From NCBI GenBank assembly GCA_963666515.2, contig OY762897.2, positions 1,504,001 to 1,568,000 on the forward strand: a stretch of DNA of 64,000 nt, given 5' to 3'. The translations under genes were made by a program, and so were the position numbers. The stretch comes from Candidatus Binatia bacterium. Its GTDB lineage: Bacteria > Desulfobacterota > Binatia > UBA9968 > JAJDTQ01. Each line of letters opens with the position of its first letter. Position 1 is the first letter of the stretch. Below are positions 10,596-19,122 of this stretch, piece by piece. Under the pieces are notes generated by a model. The model was not told the origin of the DNA. It ran no database searches and worked only from the letters and a program-made list of their open reading frames with translations.

Positions 10596-10731
10596 CCAGA
10601 CACCGGAAACACCAGCCTGAACGGAGTCGCTTCTGCCCCAGCAACAGCACGAGACGGATCCTCGGGACTTTCTGACCGACGTCGCCGAAGAGTCCCGGTC
10701 TTCCTGCGACCCGGCGGACCCCTACGGCCTG

Positions 10732-11667
10732 GTGGCCGATCAACTGACGTGGGTGGAGCGAAAGCTCGCGGAATGCACCCGTTCCAGGGAGTCCGAGATC
10801 ACCGAGATCGCCTCGCACCTGATCCGCGGCGGCGGCAAGCGCATCCGGCCGGTGATCACGCTGTTGACCTTCAACGCCTTCCACGGCGAACGGGAAGAGG
10901 ACGCGGTGGACATCGCCACGGCCATGGAGCTGATCCACGCGGCCACCCTGCTCCACGACGACATCATCGACGGCGCGGAGTTCAGGCGCGGGAAGGAATC
11001 CGCCTACAAGCGCTACGGGCTCACGCGCACCCTGGTCACCGGAGACTTCCTCTTCATCAAGGCCTTCGAGTTCGCAGGCAAGTTCGACGACACGGTGGTG
11101 CAGTGGACCGCGGACGCCTGCACCAGCCTCACCGAGGGCGAGATCCTGCAGGGCTCCTTCAACCGCAGCCGCACCGTGACCGCCCGGGACTACATCGAGA
11201 TCGTCGAGCGCAAGACCGCCTCGCTCTTCCAGACCGGCGCCAGGCTCGGCGCCTACATCGCGGGCGCGCCTTCGGAGCAGGTGGAAGTGGCGGCGAGCTT
11301 CGGCCTCAACCTGGGCATCGCCTTCCAGATGATGGACGACGTGCTCGACGTGGTGGGGAGACGCGACCTGCTCGGCAAGTCCACGGGCATGGACCTTCGC
11401 GACGGCAACCCTTCCCTCCCCATCGTCCTGTCCCTGCTGGACGGACACCAGACGGTGTCGCGAGTCTTCCAGTCGCAAACCCCCACCGAGAACGACATCC
11501 AGCGGGCGCTCGACGCCATGGGCAACGGCACGGTCATCGAGCGCGCCAGGAGCTTCTCCAACAAGTACGCGCTCAAGGCGTCCCGGGAAATTGACGGGCT
11601 GCCCGCGTCCGTGGAACGGGACGGCCTCAAGGCCCTGGCGCGCCTGCTCACGGACCGCGACAGTTGA
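10732..11667 (+). CDS. Polyprenyl diphosphate synthase (IspB/HepT-like)
   Basis: GGKRIRP, LLHDDIID, KTASLF, AFQMMDDVLD; frame is open back to a possible CTG start at 10633. Confidence 0.93.
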   Translation: MADQLTWVERKLAECTRSRESEITEIASHLIRGGGKRIRPVITLLTFNAFHGEREEDAVDIATAMELIHAATLLHDDIIDGAEFRRGKESAYKRYGLTRTLVTGDFLFIKAFEFAGKFDDTVVQWTADACTSLTEGEILQGSFNRSRTVTARDYIEIVERKTASLFQTGARLGAYIAGAPSEQVEVAASFGLNLGIAFQMMDDVLDVVGRRDLLGKSTGMDLRDGNPSLPIVLSLLDGHQTVSRVFQSQTPTENDIQRALDAMGNGTVIERARSFSNKYALKASREIDGLPASVERDGLKALARLLTDRDS

Positions 11668-11699
11668 CGCCCGCCCCGCGGGCGCTCCGTGACCGGCCC

Positions 11700-12413
11700 A
11701 TGTCCGCCCCTCACGACACCCTGGTCAGGGACATCTTCGACCGGATCGCGTGGCGTTACGACCTGCTCAACCGCATCATCAGCTTCCGGCTGGACGCCCT
11801 GTGGCGGCGCAAGGCCATCGCCGCCCTGGGCGTCGCCGGCCGGCCCGCCCGCGTCCTGGACATGGGCACCGGCACCGGCGCGCTGGCGCTGGATGCGTGC
11901 GCGGTGCTCGCTCCCGGCGCGCGGGTTGTGGGCGTGGACTTCTCGCTGCCCATGCTCCAGCGCGCCAGGGAGCGGACCTCCGGGGCCGGACACGAGGCCC
12001 GGGCCGCCTACGTCCTGGCCCACGCGCTGGCCGCGCCCGTACGGAGCGCCTCCTTCGACGCGGTCATGAGCGCCTTCGTGCTGCGCAACGTCCGGGACCT
12101 GGAACCGTTCTTCCGCGAGTCCTACAGGGTGCTGAAGCCGGGCGGAAGGATGGTCTCGCTGGACATGTTTCCGCCGCCCCGGGGCCTTTTCTCGCGGCTC
12201 TACTGGATCTACTTCGGCAGGCTCATGCCCTGGATCGGCAGCGCCGTGAGCGGCGACCCCGCGGCGTACCGCTACCTGTCCGACTCGGTGCGGTCGTTCG
12301 TGCCGCCCGAGAAGGTGGCGGCCGCCATCGCCTCCGCCGGCTTCGTGGAAACGCGCACCGTGCGGTACCTGTGCGGCGCCATCTGTCTCCAGGTCGCCAC
12401 CAAGCCCCGCTGA
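11700..12413 (+). CDS. ubiE: Ubiquinone/menaquinone biosynthesis C-methyltransferase
   Basis: FDRIAWRYDLLNRIIS, VLDMGTGTG, LRNV, AYRYLSDS. Confidence 0.88.
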   Translation: MSAPHDTLVRDIFDRIAWRYDLLNRIISFRLDALWRRKAIAALGVAGRPARVLDMGTGTGALALDACAVLAPGARVVGVDFSLPMLQRARERTSGAGHEARAAYVLAHALAAPVRSASFDAVMSAFVLRNVRDLEPFFRESYRVLKPGGRMVSLDMFPPPRGLFSRLYWIYFGRLMPWIGSAVSGDPAAYRYLSDSVRSFVPPEKVAAAIASAGFVETRTVRYLCGAICLQVATKPR

Positions 12414-12448
12414 CCGGCGCCGGGAGCCGCCGAGGGAGCCTTGACCCC

Positions 12449-13270
12449 ATGAACCCTTACGCCACCGCCTTCGTGATGTTCCTCTACCAGTTGTCGGTGG
12501 GCGGGCTCGTGGGCCTGTCGGTCACGCCCTTCAACGACCTGGAACGGGGTTTCTACAAGTCCACCGCCGGCGTCCTGGTGGCCGCGGCAGTGCTGGCGGT
12601 GTGGGGGCACATGGACCTCCTGCCCGACCGGCAGGGGCTGGGAAAGATCATCGAGCTATGTTTATTGATGAGTTTCGCACTTTTTCTCGTACTTTACTTC
12701 ATCTCTCTCTGGGGTGAACGGGGCTTTCTGCGGGCGCGTTTCTTCTCCACCGCCATACTGACCGGGCTGGGCGGCCTGATGGTGGCCTCGTTCGGCTTCA
12801 CGCCGTCGGAGCTGGGAGTGGTGGAGGCGGTCTTCCTCCCGGTGAGCTTCGTCGTTTCGTCGCTGCTCCTCGGGGCGGTGACCGTGGGCATGCTGATCGG
12901 TCACTGGTACCTGATCGAAACCGGCCAGAGCCTCGACCCGTTCTTCCGGGTGTTCCGGTTCTTCGTGGCCATGCTTGTGATACAGACCGGCCTGCAGTTG
13001 GTCGCCGTCGTCCTGCTCTACCTGTTCGGCACCGCGGGGACGGTGGCGGCGCTGGAACGCCTCTTCGAAAACCACTCCACGTTGCTGGCGTCCCGGTTCC
13101 TCGTGGCGCAACTGGGGCCGCTGGTGCTGTCGTACATGATCTGGAAGACGCTGGCCGACTTCAGGAACACCATGGCGGCGACGGGGCTATTCTACATCGC
13201 CCTGCTCGGCGTCTTCGTGGGAGCGCTGCTGTCCAGCCAAGTCCTCGCCCTGACCTTGCTGCCCGTGTGA
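12449..13270 (+). CDS. Multi-pass membrane protein with MLIGHWYL motif
   Basis: ATG at 12449 after GGGAG; many hydrophobic segments; the upstream part of the 506-aa track ORF is a shadow of ubiE. Confidence 0.75.
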   Translation: MNPYATAFVMFLYQLSVGGLVGLSVTPFNDLERGFYKSTAGVLVAAAVLAVWGHMDLLPDRQGLGKIIELCLLMSFALFLVLYFISLWGERGFLRARFFSTAILTGLGGLMVASFGFTPSELGVVEAVFLPVSFVVSSLLLGAVTVGMLIGHWYLIETGQSLDPFFRVFRFFVAMLVIQTGLQLVAVVLLYLFGTAGTVAALERLFENHSTLLASRFLVAQLGPLVLSYMIWKTLADFRNTMAATGLFYIALLGVFVGALLSSQVLALTLLPV

Positions 13271-13606
13271 GCGGGAGTCGTCCCGGGCGTCCCGGCCGTC
13301 TTGCCGGTCCTTTCGCGGATAGGTCTTTATCTTCGTGACCCGGAGGCCGTGGCCGCCCCAACCCAGGTCGTACCCCACCACCATGCCCTCCCTGAGACTC
13401 TTGGGCGAACGCAGGGCGCCGGACACCTGGACCATCTGGTAGGAGAACCGCACGTCCCTGCCGCTGGCGGTGCGCACCACCCCGGTGCCCTTCCGGGGCG
13501 AAAGGCGCCGGATGATGCCGTGGTAATAGAGGTCCGACCGCTCTTCGGCGTCGGGACTCCCGGCGTTCCCCTCCGGCACCTCAGCGTTGGCGTCGTCTTC
13601 AACCAT
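13187..13606 (-). CDS. Cold-shock/OB-fold-like hypothetical protein
   Basis: GGAGGGG RBS before ATG; YHGIIRRLSPRKGTGVVRTASGRDVRF...LREGMVVGYDL resembles a CSD strand pattern. Confidence 0.6.
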   Translation of the reverse strand: MVEDDANAEVPEGNAGSPDAEERSDLYYHGIIRRLSPRKGTGVVRTASGRDVRFSYQMVQVSGALRSPKSLREGMVVGYDLGWGGHGLRVTKIKTYPRKDRQDGRDARDDSRSHGQQGQGEDLAGQQRSHEDAEQGDVE

Positions 13607-13695
13607 GTCCCCTCCCCACTCCCGAGCCCACAATCCTATAGCCCGGACAGCGAAACTTCAATAAGGAACGGACGCCGTACCCCCCGGCCTGCGGT

Positions 13696-13821
13696 CGACG
13701 GAAATGTCGAACGGCGTAACCCGTTGATTTTCCAAGGAATATGACCCAGTCAACCCGCCGGCGGCGACGATATTGTCGATTTACGGAATCCCAAGTGCCC
13801 GGAATATCGACAAACTGGTCG
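13696..13821. promoter_or_regulatory. Three CGAC-N6-GTCG palindromic boxes
   Basis: CGAC-GGAAAT-GTCG 13696-13709; CGAC-GATATT-GTCG 13765-13778; CGAC-AAACTG-GTCG 13808-13821. Confidence 0.55.
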
Positions 13822-13838
13822 TTGGCATGAAAAGTGCG
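13822..13838 (+). promoter_or_regulatory. Putative sigma54 (-24/-12) promoter
   Basis: TTGGCATGAAAAGTGCG = GG-N10-GC with TGGCA at -24. Confidence 0.6.
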
Positions 13839-13859
13839 TATCAATAAGGAGAAGCGAGC

Positions 13860-13937
13860 ATGGCCGCGGAACCGGCCGCATCAGCGCCGAGATGGACCGC
13901 GAAGCGCTCAAAATTATTGACAATAGTCCCCATTTGA
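13860..13937 (+). CDS. Putative 25-aa small ORF (MAAEPAASAPRWTAKRSKLLTIVPI)
   Basis: AAGGAG RBS before ATG, just downstream of the sigma54 motif. Confidence 0.3.
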   Translation: MAAEPAASAPRWTAKRSKLLTIVPI

Positions 13938-13956
13938 GTAATAAAGAGAGGGTATC

Positions 13957-15021
13957 ATGTTGTCTACGGAAGCGAAACCGGCCGAAAAGACCTTCACCGC
14001 TACCGGACTCTCCCAGCCCAGGGCCCGGGAACTCGTCGGCATTGCCGAGGAGTTCTCCCTAGGCGAGCCCTTCGCCGCCGCCGGGCTCCAGCGGGAGTCG
14101 GCGGATTCGTTCTTCATCCTGGAGACCAAGCGGGGGAAGTTCATCGTGTCCATCGACGACCTCAGGAACGAGAACGAGGTCAAGCACGACATCGAGCTGC
14201 TGTTGTTCCTCAGGCGCCACGGCTTTCAATGCCTTCAGCCCTTGAAGAGCCGGGGCGGGCAACACTACCTCCACGCGGACGGCAGGTTCATCTCCGCCAG
14301 CCGCAACATCGACGGGACCGAAGTGCCCGTGAGCAACCTTACCCTCGGGCAGCTCGGGGCCGCGGGGCACGTGCTCGCCGACCTCCACCTCATCGGCAGG
14401 GGCTACAAGAAGGGGGCCGATAACCGCTTCTCCTTTCCGCGGGTGGCGTTGATGTACCAGGAGGTAAGGAAGAACCTGCCGGCGCACCTCAAGACCATCG
14501 TCCGCGTCCTGGACGACGAGGTCACCTACCTGGAAGGCTACCTGGACAACAACCTCCCCAAGGGCATCATCCACGGGAACCTTTCCTGGGAAAGCATGAA
14601 GTTCAAGGGTTCGCGCCTGGTCGGGATCATGAACTTCGACAGGGCCTGCCGCGGGAAGTTCATCTGCGACCTCGCCACCACGGTCAACGCCGTCTGCTAC
14701 CACGACGGACGCTACCGCCTGGACCGGTTCGAGGAGCTGATCCTTGGCTACGAGGGCCTTCGGCCCCTGTCGCTCCCCGAATGGGACTCCTTCCCCAACG
14801 AGCTTCGGTTCTCGGCGCTGAGGACGGCCATCACCAGCCTGCACGACTTCTACCTGCGCGAGAGCGGCGAACGGCAGCGTATCCAGAAGACCTTCATCGA
14901 CTACTTCGAGCGCCTGCTCATCCTGAGGCGGGAGAAGGACGGCGGAATGGAAGACCTGCTCCTGTCCATGGCAACCGGGTACGACTACCGGAAGTACCAG
15001 AAATCGAAGCCCTCCAGGTAA
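13957..15021 (+). CDS. Homoserine kinase type II/APH-fold protein with degenerate active site
   Basis: LADLH, LPKGIIHG, DLA, GYEGLRPLS, LRFSALR as in ThrB-II; HGNLSWES and MNFD replace HxDxxxxN and DF. Confidence 0.8.
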   Translation: MLSTEAKPAEKTFTATGLSQPRARELVGIAEEFSLGEPFAAAGLQRESADSFFILETKRGKFIVSIDDLRNENEVKHDIELLLFLRRHGFQCLQPLKSRGGQHYLHADGRFISASRNIDGTEVPVSNLTLGQLGAAGHVLADLHLIGRGYKKGADNRFSFPRVALMYQEVRKNLPAHLKTIVRVLDDEVTYLEGYLDNNLPKGIIHGNLSWESMKFKGSRLVGIMNFDRACRGKFICDLATTVNAVCYHDGRYRLDRFEELILGYEGLRPLSLPEWDSFPNELRFSALRTAITSLHDFYLRESGERQRIQKTFIDYFERLLILRREKDGGMEDLLLSMATGYDYRKYQKSKPSR

Positions 15022-15050
15022 GCCTCCCCGGAATCAGGGGTCAAGCATAG

Positions 15051-15773
15051 ATGAAGTGCTACGTGATCGGCGATGTCCACGGGTGCCTCTCCGAGCTGGC
15101 GTCGCTGGTCGAATCGCTGCCGCTGGAGCGCGGCGACACCGTGGTCTTCCTCGGCGACTACATCGACCGGGGGCCCGACTCCAAGGGCGTCATCGACTAC
15201 CTCGTGGGCTTGCGCAGGCGGGGCGACCAGAAAACCGTGTTCCTGAGAGGCAACCACGAAGACATGATGCTGTCGTACATGGGCCTTTCGGGACACCACG
15301 GCGACTCGTTCCTGATGAACGGAGGTCTTGAAACGCTGGCGAGCTACGGCGTCGCCGCTCCGGCAAGGTCACCCGGGGCTGCGGACGGGGAACGGCTGCT
15401 GGCGGCCCTGCCCCCCGAGCACGCCGAGTTCTTCATGAAGCTCGATCCCTGGTATTTCGTCGACGGTTTCCTCTGCGTGCACGCAGGCATCAACCCGCAA
15501 CGCTCATGGGAGGACCAGGCGGACGAGGAACTCATCTGGATCCGGCACGAGTTCATCACGAATGCGCACGCCCTGCCCCAGACCGTCCTGTTCGGCCACA
15601 CCCCGATGAGAGAGGTGTTCTTCGATCTCCCCTACAAGATCGGCCTCGACACCGGCCTGGTGTACGGCAACGCCCTGAGCTGTCTCGAATTGACCGGCCG
15701 CACGCTGTACCAGATACGCAACGGAGGGCACGAGGTCTCGGTGACGGACGTGGCCCACCGCTGGGAACGGTAG
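15051..15773 (+). CDS. Ser/Thr protein phosphatase-family metallophosphoesterase
   Basis: GDVHG, GDYIDRGPDS, GNHE, VHAG, GHTP, DTG. Confidence 0.92.
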   Translation: MKCYVIGDVHGCLSELASLVESLPLERGDTVVFLGDYIDRGPDSKGVIDYLVGLRRRGDQKTVFLRGNHEDMMLSYMGLSGHHGDSFLMNGGLETLASYGVAAPARSPGAADGERLLAALPPEHAEFFMKLDPWYFVDGFLCVHAGINPQRSWEDQADEELIWIRHEFITNAHALPQTVLFGHTPMREVFFDLPYKIGLDTGLVYGNALSCLELTGRTLYQIRNGGHEVSVTDVAHRWER

Positions 15774-15777
15774 GCTG

Positions 15778-16878
15778 CTACGGGTGCACCGACTCCAGGA
15801 ACCACTCCGTGGGGATCTCCCTGCCCAGGCCCTTGGCTTTGGCGTCCTCGACGACCATGCTTCCGACCGCGGCGAACTGCACGCCGAGGCCGATGTTGTT
15901 CACGAAGCAGGTGGACTCGTCCGGTCCGGTCCGTCCGGCCACCGTGCCGGCCACCACGTCCTTCAGCTCCGGAGCGTCGATCCACGGCGGCACCGTCGGA
16001 CGCGCCACCGCCTGCTTGTCCGCGGCGGTGAGGAAGTCGATGGGGTCGTGGGCCTCCACCCGCTCGTCGCCCATGCCGGCGATGTAGTTCTCGGGCGCGA
16101 TCTTGCGCGTGTGGATGACCACCCGGTCGGCCCGGGCGATGGTGTCGTCGCCCAGTTCGGAGGTCTTCACGCAGGTGAAGTGCACGCCGGGCGTGACCCA
16201 TTCCGGCGGGATCACCCGGGTGATGGCGTTGGTGGCCGCCACCAGCACCTGGCACTGCTCCGCCACCTGGGCAGCCTCCGCGCAGGGCTCCACCGGAAGC
16301 CCCACCCTCTCCGCCATCTCTTCGGCAAACGACTCCCGGTTCGCCTGGGTGGGGCTGAACACCAGCACCTTCTCGAACGTGCGCACCTTGCAGAACGCCT
16401 CCACGTGGGCGCGGGCCTGCCAGCCGGAGCCGAAGATGCCGAGATGGGTCACGTCCTGCCGGGCCTGGTACCGGGCCGCCAGCGCGCTGGAGGCGGCCAC
16501 GCGGAAAGCCTGGATCACCCCGTCCGGGAAGATCGCCAGCGGCTCTCCGGTTTCCGCGGAGAACAGCAGCACCAGGCCCACCCACTTCCCCCCGGGCGCC
16601 TTGGGGAGCTTGTCCTTGACGATGCGCCCGCCACGGTCCTCCCAGCGGATGACATCGGAGTTCAGGCGCAACGCCACCACCTTGGGATCGAACAGCCCGG
16701 CCTCCATGGACTTGAAGGCGTAAACCCCCGAAGTCTCCGGAAACGGCAGGTAGAGATCGGTGCGCGGCCGGTTCACCGCCTCCCCGTTGGCAAGCTGGCG
16801 GTAGGCCTTGTTCAGCACCTCGATGCACGAATCCATCGACAGCAGGCCCTCGATCTCGTCATTGTTCAGAATCAGCAT
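15778..16878 (-). CDS. Ornithine cyclodeaminase/mu-crystallin family protein
   Basis: LILNNDEI, TGEPLAI, FRVAASSALA, GIFGSGWQA. Confidence 0.88.
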   Translation of the reverse strand: MLILNNDEIEGLLSMDSCIEVLNKAYRQLANGEAVNRPRTDLYLPFPETSGVYAFKSMEAGLFDPKVVALRLNSDVIRWEDRGGRIVKDKLPKAPGGKWVGLVLLFSAETGEPLAIFPDGVIQAFRVAASSALAARYQARQDVTHLGIFGSGWQARAHVEAFCKVRTFEKVLVFSPTQANRESFAEEMAERVGLPVEPCAEAAQVAEQCQVLVAATNAITRVIPPEWVTPGVHFTCVKTSELGDDTIARADRVVIHTRKIAPENYIAGMGDERVEAHDPIDFLTAADKQAVARPTVPPWIDAPELKDVVAGTVAGRTGPDESTCFVNNIGLGVQFAAVGSMVVEDAKAKGLGREIPTEWFLESVHP

Positions 16879-16905
16879 CCCACGGTCCTTTCCCGATGTC
16901 CTGCG

Positions 16906-18009
16906 CTAGTCCCTGATGTCCTGGAGCAGCCACTCCGTGGGAATCTCCTTCCCCAGGCCGCGTTCCCGGCACAATTCGTAGACCTTTCCGGCAACCGAAT
17001 AGAACTGGGCGCCCTGGACGTTGCCCCGCTCCGAGTAGGTGATCTGCGCGGCCGACGTCCTCCCCTTCCCCTTGCCCGACAGGAGATCCGCGAGCATCAC
17101 GTTCTTGTCGCCGCCCTGCACCCCGTGGGCGCGGCGGCGCTTGCGCTTCATCTTGAAGCCGGCGTCGTCGTCCGGCCGGGCCGCGTAGGTAATGTACTCG
17201 TCGGGCAGGCCGAAGTCCTCCAGCCCCCAGGGCGCCGGCGCCGTGCCCAAGCGCAACGACACGTCGACGCGCTCGAAGGTCGCGGCGTCCGGGCGGCCTC
17301 CGATGGAGACGATGTGCGTCCCCTCCTCCACCTTCACCCCCTCGATGATGTCCACGGCGGAGTCGGTGCAGCCGGCGATGACGTCGGCCCCCTTGTAAAC
17401 GGCGTCCGGGTCGCTCAACGGCACCGCTTCCACGTCGAACCGCTCGGTCATCTCTCGGGCATACTGCTCGCGGTTCGCCCGGGTGGGACTGTAGACCTGC
17501 ACCCGCCGGATGTTCCGAACCTGCATGAACGCTTCCAGGTGGGAGCGGGCCATGCCGCCCGAGCCGATCATGCCCACCACCTCGGCGTCCTCCCTGGCCA
17601 TGTACTTGACGCCGATGCCGGAATCGGCGCCCACCCGCACGTGCTGGAGGTGGCCGTCGTTCAGGATCGCCAGCGGCTCGCCGTTGTGAATGCTGGTGAG
17701 CAGGATCAGGCCGCAGAAGAGCCCCGGCCGCACGCAGTACTTCTCCTGCGTGACGGCGCCGTTGTACTCCTGCTCGTAGACGATGTCCGACTTGATGCGG
17801 ATCGCGAAATAGCCGGACGTGGAGCCCCCCTCCATGGTGCCCCACTGGTACATCTTCTCCGGATCCGGCGTCGGCACCTGCAGATCGATACGCGGCCGGC
17901 ACACCGCCTCCTGCTCCACCAGCTCGGTGTACGCCTTCTCCAGTGCCGCCATGGTGACCTCCATGGTCAGCACCTGCTTCACGTCGTCGTTGTTCAGGAT
18001 CAAGGTCAT
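16906..18009 (-). CDS. Ornithine cyclodeaminase/mu-crystallin family protein
   Basis: LILNNDDV, NGEPLAI, VRVGADSGIG, GMIGSGGMA. Confidence 0.88.
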   Translation of the reverse strand: MTLILNNDDVKQVLTMEVTMAALEKAYTELVEQEAVCRPRIDLQVPTPDPEKMYQWGTMEGGSTSGYFAIRIKSDIVYEQEYNGAVTQEKYCVRPGLFCGLILLTSIHNGEPLAILNDGHLQHVRVGADSGIGVKYMAREDAEVVGMIGSGGMARSHLEAFMQVRNIRRVQVYSPTRANREQYAREMTERFDVEAVPLSDPDAVYKGADVIAGCTDSAVDIIEGVKVEEGTHIVSIGGRPDAATFERVDVSLRLGTAPAPWGLEDFGLPDEYITYAARPDDDAGFKMKRKRRRAHGVQGGDKNVMLADLLSGKGKGRTSAAQITYSERGNVQGAQFYSVAGKVYELCRERGLGKEIPTEWLLQDIRD

Positions 18010-18033
18010 GGCAACGTCCCTTCCGTAGCGGCC

Positions 18034-19122
18034 CTAGAGCGGCTCCCGCGCTTCGGCGCCGTCGATGGGCAGCTCGATGCCCAGTCCCCTCTCGCGGGCC
18101 AACTGGTACAGCCTTCCGCCGATGGCCACGTCGGAGATCCCCACCCCGCCGGTGTTCTTGAACAGGGTGATCTGATCCGCGTCCGTGCGTCCCGGCCGCG
18201 TGCCGTTCAGGATCTCGCCCACCTCGACGATCTTGTCCCAGGAGATGACGCCGTTCTCCAGCCGTTCCATGAAGTCTCCGGGCTGGTCCACCCTGAGCGT
18301 CTCGCGGGAGTTGACGCCGATGACGTCCGCCCGCCGCATGCTCTCGTCGTCCAGCTCCTGGCGCATCTTGGGGACGAAGCCGCCGCGCTTGAGGCCGATG
18401 TTGCTCACCACGATGGAGGTCAGGTGAACGCCGGGCTCCAGCCACTCGCCGTCCAGCACCGGGACGTTGGAGCTGGTGGCGGCGACCACGATGTCGACGC
18501 CCTGCACCGCCTCCCTGGCGCTGTCCACCGGGCGGATGTCCAGCCCGGTGAGGTCGCCCATCTCGTCGGCGAACTCCTTGCGGTGCGCCGGGTTCGGACT
18601 GAATACCTTCACGCCGGTGAGGTCGCGGATCTCCTTGAGCGCAAGCAGATGGTACTTGGCTTGGTTCTGGGATCCCAGCATGCCGATGGTGCTCGCATCC
18701 GCCCTGGCCATGACGTCCGTTCCCACTGCGCTGTTGGCCGCGGTGCGGAGCGCGGACACGCCGCTCAGCGACAGTTCCCTCGGTCTCGGCTCGCCGACGA
18801 TGATGCAGCGCAGCTCGCCGGTCTCGGAGTCGAACAAGACCTGGGTCGGACGCCCGCGCACCGGAAACGCCTCGATGGAATGCTCCCCGCGCACCGGATT
18901 CTTTGTCCATTCGCAGTGGGTCATGAGGCCGGTGACCCCGACCTCCGGGAGGCCTCCCTGGTGCACGCTGACGCGCACGTTGGAGGGCATGTGGGTGCGG
19001 TGCCGCACCATGCTGATATCGGGGTTGCGGTCCCACTGCGCGAACCCCTCACGCACCAGCCCGATGGCATCCTTCATGGTGATCAACCCGTCTATGTCTT
19101 CCGGACGCAGTACCAAGATCAT
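18034..19122 (-). CDS. Ornithine cyclodeaminase/mu-crystallin family protein
   Basis: LFDSETGEL, LRTAANSAVG, ITLFKNTGGVGISDVA. Confidence 0.88.
   Translation of the reverse strand: MILVLRPEDIDGLITMKDAIGLVREGFAQWDRNPDISMVRHRTHMPSNVRVSVHQGGLPEVGVTGLMTHCEWTKNPVRGEHSIEAFPVRGRPTQVLFDSETGELRCIIVGEPRPRELSLSGVSALRTAANSAVGTDVMARADASTIGMLGSQNQAKYHLLALKEIRDLTGVKVFSPNPAHRKEFADEMGDLTGLDIRPVDSAREAVQGVDIVVAATSSNVPVLDGEWLEPGVHLTSIVVSNIGLKRGGFVPKMRQELDDESMRRADVIGVNSRETLRVDQPGDFMERLENGVISWDKIVEVGEILNGTRPGRTDADQITLFKNTGGVGISDVAIGGRLYQLARERGLGIELPIDGAEAREPL

Noticed and set aside
10508-10620. tRNA-Leu as an island integration site
   Set aside because: No integrase or duplicated tRNA 3' end seen; flanks are housekeeping genes
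13917-13945. sigma70 promoter (TTGACA) directly before the kinase-like gene
   Set aside because: No convincing -10 hexamer at 16-18 nt spacing; not excluded but unsupported
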